Source of the DNA: Atractiella rhizophila
Lineage: Eukaryota
Length of the DNA stretch: 64,000 nt
NCBI GenBank assembly: GCA_021432655.1
Contig: MU271234.1
Span: 45,086-109,085, forward strand
Reading direction: 5' to 3'
Positions within the stretch are counted from its first letter, which is position 1; every line of letters begins with the position of its first letter. A program made the position numbers and the translations under genes. The notes under the pieces were generated by a model. It did not search any database and was not told where the DNA came from. It was given only the letters and a program-made list of their open reading frames with translations. Positions 1-12,594 of the stretch are shown here, in pieces.

Positions 1-3000
1 GCCTTCAATCCTTCGCTTCCCTTTCCCAAGACCTCCTCAGGCACACTTCTCGCTCTCCCTGTCCCCTCTCAATATCAGACAGAAAGATCAAACAGGTTGG
101 AAAGGGAACGGACACATCTCGAGTCTCCATCCTGCCCGCGCTAACTCTCGTGCTTTCTGGATCTGCACCGAAGGATCTTTCGCTAAGATCTCCTTCATCC
201 TTTCGCGCTGCCATATGAACATTTCTTTCCTTTTACCAGGCAGTTTTTCAAGGTCTTGAAGTGGAACCTGCCGAAGCACTAAACAAATATCGTCAACGCA
301 TGGACGTGATATGAGCAGAAGGCGTACGTTGAGGTAGTGGAGGAAGACCATCCCACTCCGCTTGAGCTAATTCTTTTGCCTTCACCTTGTCCATGTTTGG
401 CTCCTTAGCCATGTACTCTTCTACTTTTTGTTTCAGGAACGCCCACTTTTCCGGTTTCTGTCTAAGCTCTCCGGTTTCTAAGGGCATGAGAGCTGCTAAG
501 CGCGTCAGTCATCTGACCTCGATAAGCGGAGAAAAGGCAGACGTGGACTCTTGCTTGTAGTTGAGTTGTCGAGCTGCTTCTTCCTCCATTCGGCTCGAGC
601 GAGATGCCTTGCAGTAGCAAGTGGGATTTGTAGATCGTTACTGATGATCTCCTTCACTTTCTCACGCTGCCACAGCAACATTTCTCGCCGTCCCGGAGGT
701 AACTTGTCTAATTCTTCGATTGGAACCTGACGCAAGACTGAAGAAACTATCATCAGCGCTTGGGATACAATTTTGATCAAAAGATCTTACGGCGCTGGCT
801 TGGCAGAGGACGACCTCGAAAAAAACCATCCGGGAAGAGCGCTATTTGAAAGCGTGTCAGACCCTAACCAGTGGAGAAAAGGAAGAGGTTTGAGGACTCA
901 CGAGTAACAGGACGTGCTGCACCTCCAAAAGGCGTATTCAGGGTGTGATTCCTCCATTCTTGCCTTGCCACTTCAGTAGCTTCACTAGGTTTGAGGTTGG
1001 GTTGTTTGGCCATAATATCCTTCACCTTTTCTCTCATGAATAAGACGTGCTCTCGTCTGCGTGGGTGCAGCTTCTCCAGTTTCTCGTCTGCAACTGCAGT
1101 TCTCCTTGGAGCTATATGGTGTGATCTCATCAGCTTAGGAATGGAGCGGGGTAAGGTTCGTACGCTTGCTTAACTCGCGATACGCCTTCCACTCTGCAGC
1201 GGCTAGTTTGCGAAGTTCGAGGTACGACAAATCAGGTTTCTCTGCCCTCATGCTCCGAGCCCTCTGCTGAACGAAACGATGGTATTCGTGCATCGTCGGA
1301 GAGCTAGGGCCTCTCTCCACTGGTTTTGCTGCATTCCACGATTCATCAAACGGGCCATCGATTTTGAACTGAGTAGCTTACAAGCCTCTGTTTTCTTCCA
1401 CTCGTCCCTTGCTCTGTTCAGAGCCTGACTCCTGCTCAGGTTTGGTTCTGCTTCGATGAGCTCATCCGTCCTCCTCCTCACAAACAGATAGTACTCTTTT
1501 CGCTTTGGAGCAAGCTTCTGCAATCTCTCCGCAGGTACAAAACGGCCTGCATGTTGATTTCGAAATTTGACATCTGTTCATCATAGTTAGTTGGCTCAAT
1601 TGAATGTCTGAAGGAAGATCACTCCTACTTGTGGCAGGTAGACGAAATGCGGTCCAGAGTGCTCGGACTTCCTCGACAACCTCTGCTGCTGACAGATCCG
1701 GACTCCGTTCTTCAACGAGCTGGCTAAGGATGCGATCGTACTCGTGGGCATCGGATCTGGTCGCGGTCTTGTCCAAGGGAGTAGGCACTAGTTGAAGAAA
1801 GCCTGAGAGGTCCGGCTATAGCGGGGTGAAAGAGACTAACCGGGACGAGTTGAAACTGCTTCCCACTCTTTGATAGCAGCAAGCCGACAGTCTTGAGGGC
1901 TCTTCAACGTGTCCGACTGTGAAATGACTTTCTCTTTTTGTGTAATAAACTGGAAGAACTCCATCAATCCCTGAAGTTTTTCCTTCCCTCGCTTCAACCT
2001 TTCTGGATACCAGTCTTTGATGGCTTGTTTTCGCGCCACATCCTTAGACATAGTTGGATTTTCTTCTAAAAGCTTCTGTGCTCTTTGACGACGGAAGATG
2101 TAGAACTCTTTTTGCCCAGTACTTGCATCTTTGAGGCTGTCATACCTGGCCTTTGGGCACGGAGAATGAGCCAAGATATTTTCGACTGCTTTCTTGATTT
2201 CCGCAGCCAAATCTGTGCAGCAGATGAACAAGATGTCCACTATAACTTGAAATTCGTACCGATCTGGGCTGTGTACGACACAAGTCAGTGATTTTTTGCT
2301 TCTACGATGATGAAAGGCTTACGTATGTTGGACTCTTCCATTTTCGACAATTCAGTGGCAACTTGCCTATACGCATCCTTGAGACGTAAATCCGGGTTCT
2401 GAGCCAACATAAGCTGAGCTTTGTCGTCCAAGATTTGGCGGTAGAGCGTAGCAGTTGGCGGGGTGCCTATCTTAGGAACTGCCCATGGACGGGTGTTACT
2501 CAGAGTTCAGATCGTGTAAATAGCACTCACTCTGGAGACCTAAATCCTCGGTCCATGACCTGACTGCAAACGCATGCGCCTTTCTTTGAGTAAAATCAGG
2601 ATCTTTTTCCATTACCTGTGTCGTCACCTCGCGCAGAAAGGTAACGTATCGATCGTGTGATAGTTTGTTCGCGCTAAGATTTCTTTGCCGGTGCAACTTC
2701 CATTGGGCAATCGCTTGTCGTCTCGCTTCCTTGGCCGCACGAGCGGTCCATGATTTCGCTAAAGCTTTGGTCTCTCTCTCCTTCCATCGTGGGTCTAGTC
2801 CACCGAAACTGGTTTCAATCTGAGTTCTTCCATTTCCTTGACTGCACGCTGTTTGCCGGAGAGACGAAGATGTCATCCTCGCCATGCTCAAAGCATGGAA
2901 AACCTTGAATGGCGAAAGATGTTTCTGCTCTCCGCCAGCTTTGATTCCTGATTGTTCGAGTTCACACATAGAAGAGCAGGATAGCTAGCGTGGACGAACC

Positions 3001-6000
3001 GTGATCTCCTTGATTCCACTCATCCAGGACCACCTTTCGTAGTCGTGAGGCAGAGTAGTCAGGATGATCCCGCTCAAGCTGAGGATATCGAAGAGCAATG
3101 TGTTTCAAATAGAGATCCTCCTTTATGTCTTCTGTATTGATCACGCACTGGGTCAGTATTATGCACAACAAGATGTATGAGCAGGATCGAAAGTTGAAAC
3201 GTACGCGATATCGTTTGTTCCTTCAGAGGCCGACCTAAGCGTCGCCCTCGTCCAACCAAACTTGGTCTTGGGCCCGTATCTATCTTCTTATTGCCTGGGT
3301 CAGAAGGAGGACTAGTAAGTTGTTGGAGGATAAAGATTTTGGAGAGCGATGAGGGACAAACGGGCACGCCATTGCTCTCCCAAAACCTTGAGCCGCTGGC
3401 GACGAGGTATGGACGAATACTCAGGTTTCTCCACGTTTTGTGCGTAAAACAGTTGCCAATCTGAAATTCTTTTCTTTAACATTCCAGCTTTGATTCCTAG
3501 ATAGAGATACCAGTGAACGATAACCTTTAATACTCGCAGAAAGAAAAGCATACCATTCTCCCCATCATTCCATTCCTTCAATAGAAGGTCTCTCTTTGCA
3601 GATTCTGCCCAGTCAGGGTATTCATTCTGGATCTGAGAGTACCTGTCGGAAAGGTGCTTGATGAAACGGTCATGGATCCCATCACGTTGCGCGTCGCCTT
3701 TCACCCAGCAAATGAAAGCCTGGCTTGATGACCGGAGAATCACTTACCGTGATGGTCTTTGTCTTTAGCAGGTCGCCCCGCTGCTCGTTGAACCTTCGCT
3801 TCGACGTCATTGGGATGAACTTTGAACTACTTTGAATGAGGACTCTACGAGCCAAAGTGAAAACGAACCCGATCTCCATTCTGCAGCAATCTCTTTCTTG
3901 AATTGGCGTCGTCCTTGATTTGTGAACCCGGATTCCTTAAGACGCTGGGCAAAAAACACATCCCATTCAGACAGTCTCTGCCTTTGTTTGGCTGTCTTCA
4001 TTCCTGAACGGAGCAGTTATGAATTGGAGCCAAATGCCGATGGCAAGACGAACCATGTGCTCCTTCGTTCCATTCTTTCAGCACCTCTGCCCTTGTCTCT
4101 TCACCGGTCCACTCGGGATTTTCAGCCTGTAGCTGTGAATATCGAGATGCAAGGTGCCTGAACCAAGCATCTCGTTCTGCTGGCCCATCGTTCTTTAAAG
4201 CATCTGTTCCATTCTCCCTATGACGGGCCATTTGCACTACCAACACGAATAAATGAGCCATGCGGAGATCTAAGGGAGGAAAAGCTTGCTTTGTCTCCAC
4301 TCTCGGCCCATGACCTTCTTGAACTCGCGTCGACGTAGATCCTTGTATTCGGATCCATTCACCCGTCGAGAGTAAAACACCTCCCACGGAGTTAGTTGGA
4401 GTCTCTGCCTCCCTCCCTGTGATCCTGACAACAGTCGCATGTGAAATTTGCATGAGGCTTGGTGACGGCGACGAACCATGTTCTCCTTCATTCCAATCAC
4501 TTAATACCTTTGCCCTTATCATATCATCTGTCCATTGCGGATTCTCTGCCTCGACCTTTGCATATCCAGAAACAACGTGATCGTACCAAAGCTGTTGGAG
4601 GGCTGTCCACATCAACGCCGATGAATGAAGCTGCCCAGATAAATCCATACGCTTACGAGACTGGCGAGGTTGAACAGCCTTAAAGGGGGCTTTCATAACA
4701 TCTCTTCAGGTCAACTTTCAAGGGCAACGCAAGGGGAGACGAACCTTTGTCCCGCTCTTTACGAAACTCCTTCCAAAACAGCGTACGTCCCGTCCCCAAA
4801 ACGCGCTCCCTCTCTACCGCCTGGGTGTATAAGACCATTTCTTGACTAAGTCGCGAGACCTTTCTCCCTACAATAGATATTCCCCAGCGAACGGGATGAG
4901 AAAACCAATACATGATTTGAGAAAATGATGAAAGCAAACCAAGTCCTTTGGCATTCCACTCCTCTAATACCTTCTGTCTAATCGTAGCCTCTTCCCATTC
5001 TGGATTCATCTCCTGAAGCTCTTGGTAACGAGTTGCCACATGCGTTTTGAACATATCTCGAATGGCTAAGGCGTCCAACAGCGAATAAGCACAGCTCGAA
5101 AGTAAAACGCGCATAACGGAAGCAGAAGCTTACGCAAGCTGGTAATTCTGTGGCTATGAAATGACTTTGGCGCGGCCTCGCCTTTTAGAAGCCAAGAATA
5201 AGCTCAGATTACACCCAAAAAGGGAGACGCGCACCACCTGAAATGATTTCACTTTTCTCCTCCATCTCCCTCCAAATCTGCCCTCGATCGACATTCTCCC
5301 AACCCATCTTGTCCAGTGTTTGAGCATACCGAACAGTGATCGGTGTAAGCCATCCTTTGTTCTTCCCTTCACATACGAAAACAACAAACGTGAGTAACCG
5401 ACATCGTACTTCTGCCCACGGAGGGAGTAGTGATGAAAACACACCAGATACCCCAGCCCAATCTTCCAACACTCTGGCTCGTATCTCGTCATCCCGCCAC
5501 TGAGGGTTCTCAGCCTGAACCTTGGGGTATCGTTGAGCGACGTATTTGAGAAACTCTGATGGCGGAATGAGCCCCAACCGATTATGTGATTAAGAACAAA
5601 ACAAACCATCATCATCCAACTCAGGGTTGGGCTCCTTGACTGCGTCGTGCAACACCATTAATGCAGATCTCTCATTGACGAGATGAAACACGAACTCTGT
5701 TTCCACTCTCTCCTCAAGTTGTCCATGATTTCATGTCGATCACGGGTCTCCCATCCCACCTTCTCGAGTATTTGTGCAAACCGTACAATGACCGAAGAAA
5801 TGCTCGACCGGGGTTTCCCTTCTATGAATCAGCGAGCAACTCTTAGCTTGACTTCTCCCAAGAACAGAGTTACCCGAAACACACCATTCTGTTGATTCCA
5901 TTCTTTCAACATTCTTTTACGTATAGCGAAATCCTGCAGTTGTGGATTCGCGTCCTTGAGCTCCTTGTACCGTCTAACAATGTACTTGAAGAAGTCTGTG

Positions 6001-7152
6001 TAACGCGCAAGGTCAGCTTTCATGTCGAACTCGAAGCGAGACGTGGGACGAGTTGACAATGGTGTTGGCATAATGAGAAAAAAGAACGTACGGTCGTGCG
6101 TTAGATCCGCCATTTTCCCTTTACCCTCTGTCCACGGCGTCAAACATAAGTGCATGTTGCAATGATTGTAGAAAAGAAACAGGACGCACTGCCTGACGTT
6201 TCCTCTACCTCCTTCAGCGTAACTTCCCGTTCGGACCCTGCCCAACCTGACTTCTCCAGTGCTTGACCATACCTCAGCTGTGGAGGTCTGATGGCCCCGC
6301 GCGGTCCCCAAGTTTTACCTGCCCATCGAGATGTCAGAAGACACTCAGTGATTGCAGAGGTGCTAAAAGCAACTGTGTGAGTCTCTGCAAAGGAAGAACG
6401 CACCAAACTGCACATTCCAGTCGACGATTATTTGTTTGCGGACCTCTTTGTCCGTCCATCCCGGATTGAGGTCCCTCAATTCAGCGTACCGCACGACGAT
6501 GAATCTGTAGAAGGCTAAGGGCAAGACGAAGTCAGTTGCATGGATGTGGCTGGAAAGAAACACGCACCATATCTTGGTCCGTCGAGCTCAGAAGAGCGTT
6601 TTCGTGGCTGATCAAGCTTCGACTTTTTCAATTGCATTATCGGAGCCCTCCACCATCTCCTCCGGCTAAGGGGCGCCTTTACGCTAGCGCCTACGACATA
6701 AGCGTCAGTGCGAGTGCATGCGTGCTCGGTATGGTCACGTACTTTCTTCTTCTGTTGCGAACTCGAAGCCAGTCCTAATGCAATATGCAAATTCTAGTTA
6801 ACGTTTTGAGAGACAATAGTAAAATATGGCTTACCCCTCCAAAAAAATATTCCACCACCTTCGTATGTAACTCTCCTGTGCGATGTCCTCTTCCATCAAA
6901 GAAGTTTGAAGCGTCTCCTCCTTTTCATCAATGACAATGGTAGGATCCGAGAGTACGTTAGCCTGTCGAGTAAGAGGCAGCGGAAGCGGAAAGTGTTTCT
7001 GAAGGGAATAAATCTTGGTATGATGCTTTCGACGAGCAGTTGCAATCCTACTCCAAATACTTCAGCTTCAGCACGGTTGACGTGTAACGGTCTGCTTACA
7101 ATGGTGCAGATAAATATGAGCTCCTCCGTGCAATTATGGAGAGTAAAGACAT
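1..7152 (-). CDS. Giant multi-exon protein with about 25 or more tandem truncated HMG-box/YABBY-like helical repeats and a predicted mitochondrial presequence; 3' end lies beyond the window
   Basis: Chain of short minus-strand exons, each with a motif like F/Y-x2-F...NP-x-W/L...K/R...EW (e.g. FFKYIVRRYKELKDANPQLQDFAIRKRMLKEW; EYHRFVQQRARSMRAEKPDLSYLELRKLAAAEW), separated by ~50-nt GT-AG introns. ATG at 7152 plus a 52-nt intron gives MSLLSIIARRSSYLSAPLIATARRKHHT. Confidence 0.75.
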
Positions 7153-7413
7153 CCAAGCAGGTGCCAAAATGTGCCGGTCGACAGTTATACGTGCACCAAT
7201 AACTTTTCTTTGGCTTGACGGTCGGAAATGTAACTCTTATGCGGTACCGACACATAAATGCACATTGATGTATGACAGTAAGTAAATTCAGATCAGATAG
7301 GCAATCTACATTTGTGGGAGAATTCAAATTTGATATCCGAGGGACAAAATCCTCCCATGCACTCTTACAAATTATAGTACTCAGCGTGAAACTTGAAGGT
7401 TGAAACCGGTCGA

Positions 7414-9046
7414 TTAATCGTCATCGTCATCGTCGATAAAAGCCGTCTTCGCTGCTCCTTTCCTATTCGCCAAACCGTAACAACATCAGCTACACCTTCT
7501 ATTCGCGCATAATAAAGAAAGAGCAAGAAGCATAATCATGGACTGAGGAAGAAATCAAAGAGAGGTTCAGATTCAAAACTTACACACGCCGGTTGCCACC
7601 CGTGAGCGTCGGCGCGGCTTTCTTCACCACCTTTTTCGCTGGCGGGGCCTTCTTCTCTTCCAGCTCCACAACGGGCCCTAAATCGACAGGTAAACTCAGT
7701 GTTCGTGAGCGGACGAGAGGGGAGGTACGCACCATCGTCTGGGGACTTCCGTTTCGTTCTGCTTGTCGTCGTACTACTGCTCGCTATTGGCGCGACCAAG
7801 GATGTTGGGACAGCAGCAGGAGCGGGAGGTAGGATGGATGGGGGGATTTGATTTCGGGTTTGCGTAGGGAAGGAGGAAGAGGAAGAGGGAATGGGGAGAG
7901 GGAGGGAGGAGTCGGATTGAAGGATGGACAGTATCTGGTTCGCTTTGACTTGGAGTGATGTGGCTCGCATACATGCCTGATTGTTCAGGGCCATCAGGTT
8001 TGTGGGAAGGAGGCGGGAGTGGAGGGAGGAAGAGATCGTACCATGCTCAGCACTTCCGGAATCGAGAGTGGTGGTGTTGAACAACGGGTCAGGTCGAGGA
8101 GGACAGCTTTGCCTTGGGGATCGAGCATTATCTACACAAAATCAGGATCAGGATTGAGAGGATACAACATTCTTCAACGTCACATCAAATATCAAGGGTG
8201 CATCTCAAGGGCGAGAAAGGACAGATGTCGAGTGTAGCTATGTCAATGATCTAGAATATTTACTCAAACGTTGTAACTGTAGAACATTTGAGGTGTCTTT
8301 CACTCCGTGAATTCAAGTAGAAGCAACCTTCTATCGTTTTCAAAATGAAGGCGCAAAGATGAGTAAGTTTCAATCATATAGGGACCGAGCATCCCTCGCT
8401 AGCTATGAGGAGTGTATTATACAGCGTCATAGACTCTGTCACGTAACTTGTGCCTTCTGAGACTACCCAGGAGCAAAGAGAGCCCAATGGAAGCTTTGCG
8501 TCCTCTCCAACATGCTACTCGATCCACTTGTTTTATTTTTGCAGTCGTAATACTTAGAATTGAGACGCAACCAGACTCTGAATCGCTAAACTTCAGCATA
8601 CGAAGTACGATTCTTGCATGTGTGATGAACAACGCCAGTCATAAGAAACAAATTGTTTCCGAGCTATAGTCTCGACGCTGCAACTGGCAGCGCCATCAAG
8701 AAATAAGAAGCGAATGGACAGCGGAACTATAACGATAGGAATCGAAACAGAGAATCAAACTGACGGACGGATCCTCATCACTCCCTTCAGAGTATCCAAC
8801 CAACTCCACGCTCTCAGCGGCTAGAACGCCTTTCAACCACCCAAGTCTCTCCTCGTCGTTATCTCCAATAGACCGTAGATTCCTTCGCCTGCCGGACGCG
8901 TCGAGGGAGATGGAAAACCAGTTTGGTGTGTCAGACGCGGACGCAGAGAAGGTCAGGACGTTGAGGGTGTCTGTAGAGGGAAGGCTGAGTAGGAAGAACG
9001 GGGGAGTGGACGTGGAAATGTGTAGGATTATGCTGGGAAGGGACAT
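7414..9046 (-). CDS. Hypothetical protein, possible PAXX/XRCC4-superfamily NHEJ factor
   Basis: Exon MSLPSIILHIST...SDEDPS (donor GTCAGT at 8764) joins in frame to TGTAG|ATAATGCTC (exon from 8131). Then IMLDPQGKAVLLDL...ACMRATSLQVKANQILSILQS, a Pro/Ser-rich linker, KRK, and terminal TLTGGNRRVKGAAKTAFIDDDDDD-stop. Confidence 0.55.
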
Positions 9047-9202
9047 TTCGTTATCAATAACTTGTTCCTCGCGAACAATGGGTAATGTTAATGTTGAATA
9101 TCGCTTCCTTGGAAACAATGACTCGTCTTTACAAAGTATCAGAATTAGGTTCCGTTGTGATACTTCGTCACCAGTCAATCCTTCTCTCGCAGAGGGTCCA
9201 CA

Positions 9203-12000
9203 ATGGCCACTCCATCTGGCACCCCCGCGAATCCACCAGCCGACTCGCTCGACTCCAGCTTCTCCAAATGGACGCACTTCGTCGCCCGCCGCTTCAGCAA
9301 AGGAAAAGGAAAGTCACGCTCCTCAAACGCCAAAGACGGCCCCCTCCCAATCTTCGAGTCCGCATTCCAGCCCTCCTCTTCCTCCGCCGTCGCAGGTACA
9401 GGTGCAAGCGCCGCATTCGTATTCGGAGACTCGGACGACGAGGGAGATGAGGAAGAGTATGCGCATTTGTTCGACAAGACGTTGGATGATGGCGAGCACG
9501 GGATGACGGAGGAAGAGTTCAGGGAGTACGTTACGCCTTTTTGATTCACTTGGGAACTGTGATAGTATCTTCGTCCGTTGTTTGTTGTGCTGAAGATTCG
9601 TCGTGGGAAGGATAGAAGGGTCGATTCGAGAGGCGCTGGAGAAATATCCGCCGAAATTGAATGCGAGCGGATCGAGTGGGAGCTATTTTGTGAGGGATGG
9701 AGAAGGAAAGGTTAGAGGAATATTTAAACCCAAGGTGAGTGAGCTTTGGTCTGTGCAAGAAGGGAAAACGTGGTGTTGCGACGTCATATTGCACATGACA
9801 CTGCTTTTAGAAGTTGTGGAGAGCTGGAGGAGTGTGACCAATGCGCCAGCTCAGAAGGGATAGACAGGAAACCTTTTCTTACTTATAGCTACTCTTCACA
9901 CGTTGGAGCATGGAAACTACCTGTATCCAATGGTATATCCTCAAAATGGTGACGTAACATGCTGCTTATTATAGGATAATCATAAACAGTACGAGAGGTG
10001 TTGGATGTCTTAGAAGTTTGAATGTTGCAAGTTGAAGTAGTTTGGTGGGAAGCAGAAATTGCGCGAAATTTGCAAAGTACCTTAATTTTTTGTGGCTCTT
10101 CCCTGAAAGATGCTTCCCATGTCTATCCTGACACACTTCCAATGAGTCCTCGACAATCCCATCTGATGCAGTGCTATCAATAACAGGACGAAGAGCCCTA
10201 CGGCTCCCTCAATCCCAAATGGACGAAATGGTTCCACCGCGTCATCCTCACCCGAATCCTCGGCTCCCAATCCTTCGGTCGTTCCTGCCTCATCCCCAAC
10301 CTTTCCTACCTCTCCGAATCCTGCGCCTCCCTCCTCGACCGTCGACTGGGGACGAACGTGGTGCCGAGGACCGAAGTCGTGGCGTTTAGCAGCCCCAGCT
10401 TTTATTATGATTGGATCGACAGAGAGAGGGCGAAGAGGAGGAAGAAACCGAGACCGTTGCCGGAGAAGGTGGGCAGTTTGCAGATCTTTCTTAAGGGTTA
10501 TCAAGGCGCGTTCAACCATTCTCTCCCTGTTTCATGGCTAATGTATTTGCTTTGTTTTTGGTAGATGCTTCCCTGTTTCTGAGGCTGCATCCGTGGCCTG
10601 GACGTGCGGTTGCAGACACGTATGCCAATGAATCGCATAGAACCAAACGTCGCAGCTTCTTTGGCTGGGCCCGCTTCGTCTGCGGACGGAGGGGGAAGGA
10701 CGAGAACGATGACGGGGAATGGTGGACGTGGGGAGCGGAGGAGAAAGCAGGCGGGGGTAAAGAAGGATTCTCGTGGACGGACGACCTGATAGACGAGTTT
10801 CGAATCGAGATGGAGAAGCTCGTCATCCTCGATGTCATGATTCGAAACACCGATCGGGGGCTAGATAACTTCATGATTCGTTATTGTCCCCCCTCGCCTT
10901 CGTCAACTACATCCTCTTCGTCCCCCAGCAACGGAAATGGAAATCGTCAACCACATATCCATCTTGCAGCTATCGATAACTCTCTCGCTTTCCCTCACCA
11001 ACATCCTTCAGGTTATCGCTCTTATGCATACGGATGGCTCTGGCTCCCCGTCTCCCTCATAGGACAGCCATTCACCTCTACCACCAGGAAACATTTCATA
11101 CCACTCCTAGAATCAAAAGAATGGTGGAGCGAGACAATCTGGCAGTTACGAAAGAGGTTTGAAAAGGACGAGGGGTTCGATGAACGGTTATTCAATAAGC
11201 AAATGGCGGTCATGAAAGGCCAAGGATTATCGATCCTCAACGCCCTTCGGAATCCAGAACACGGTCCACTTGAGCTCTGTGCCGCAGACCGTCTTCTCGT
11301 CCACGATGAAATCGTCGACGTTCCAGCCTCCGCCCTCAAAGCGGCTTCAGGGTCGGCACCCAGTCCACCGGGCTCTCCAATCAAGTCCCCAACTCCCCTT
11401 TCGCGCTCCATCACCTCCGTACTCTCCGAACCGCGTCGGATACCGTCCATGATGCGCAGCTCGACATACGCTCCAACGGCCAGTGGACCGATGCAAATCT
11501 CGGCGTCTGTGGGATCTCTGGGCAGGAACGCTGGAGTGGAATGGAACAGTATGACGGGATGGCAGAAGTTGGAGTGGATGGCCACGTCTCCCACCATCTC
11601 TAACGCTACGTTGCAGGAAGAGTGGGGAACGAACTCCGTACCTGATGTCAGGTCCGGTCCATCACGTTGGAAGTGGCCAGGGAGGATGAGGCGGCCGACT
11701 GTAGGGTCAGGTCAGGAGTATAGGAGGATACCAGATTTGGAGACGGTGGGAGAAGAGGAAGGCGGCCCTGATACACCCTCAGAGGAGAGAGTGCTTCCGT
11801 CTGCTACTAGTAGAGGGTTCCATAAAAGGTCGAAGACGGAATTGCCCAGGGGGAGTCGGTTAATGTGGGCGAGGGATGAGAGGGTGGAGGAGGAGGGGAA
11901 GGAAGAGACGAGGAAAGCGATAAAGGAGAGAGTGGAAGTGGTCACTGCCAGTACGTCGTTGCTTTCGCTTCTCACTTCAAAAGCTAATAAATTTTGTTGA
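9203..12000 (+). CDS. LSB6: Type II phosphatidylinositol 4-kinase
   Basis: Motifs GSSGSYFV, GIFKPK|DEEPYGSLNPKWTKW, EKVGSLQIF, LDVMIRNTDRGLDNFMI, AAIDNSLAFP. Confidence 0.92.
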
Positions 12001-12594
12001 TAGAACCTTACTTTGCGTCATGCTAATAACGACGAAGTTGTTTATCAAGCGTTATCGTAGCATACACTAACTAGCCACTCATATTGCGTGCCAGCGTCAC
12101 AGAGGCATAGAACTATTCTCATGGCGTGCTGTTGATGTGACGAGAGGCTGATGCCTTGATGTGTCGACATCCTTGACATTGTTCTTGCTCTTGCAGAATA
12201 CGAACAAGTGCACGCGAAAGATTGTGCCTTTGCTGAGAGATTAACCCTGTTTCCAACAACTATCATTACGCCGCTGAAGGACATCTTGAGATGTTACACA
12301 TCGCCGAACGACGCCCTTCTGCCAATTCACGCGATTTACACGTATCCCGGACCTTGCATAGCTCGGGTAAGGGTAAGGATGGTAAGCGGACGCTGGGATA
12401 GAGGCTACATAAAGTCGTGGGCTCTTCCGCACCTCAGAAAAAAAGCAGTACCGCCTTTTTAAGCGACAAATTACTCTTAAATTTCTTATCATCGAGTGAG
12501 TGGCAGCTTCAACCTGAGGGCCTGAGGTCGGAATGGTAATAATGTTATGCGAACTTTGCGCGACGATCACTAGGTCTTTTCTGTCGACTTGAAT

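Noticed and set aside
8910..9506. 198-aa plus-strand ORF upstream of and overlapping LSB6
   Set aside because: It is antisense to the better-supported minus-strand exon and out of frame with LSB6; no motifs.
9735..10186. Unusually long introns (LSB6 here; also PMR1, cysteine synthase, TPS2, makorin) as possible snoRNA hosts
   Set aside because: No convincing sense-strand RTGATGA...CTGA pair with terminal stem was seen, and the cysteine synthase intron copies diverge freely. An Infernal/Rfam scan would be needed.
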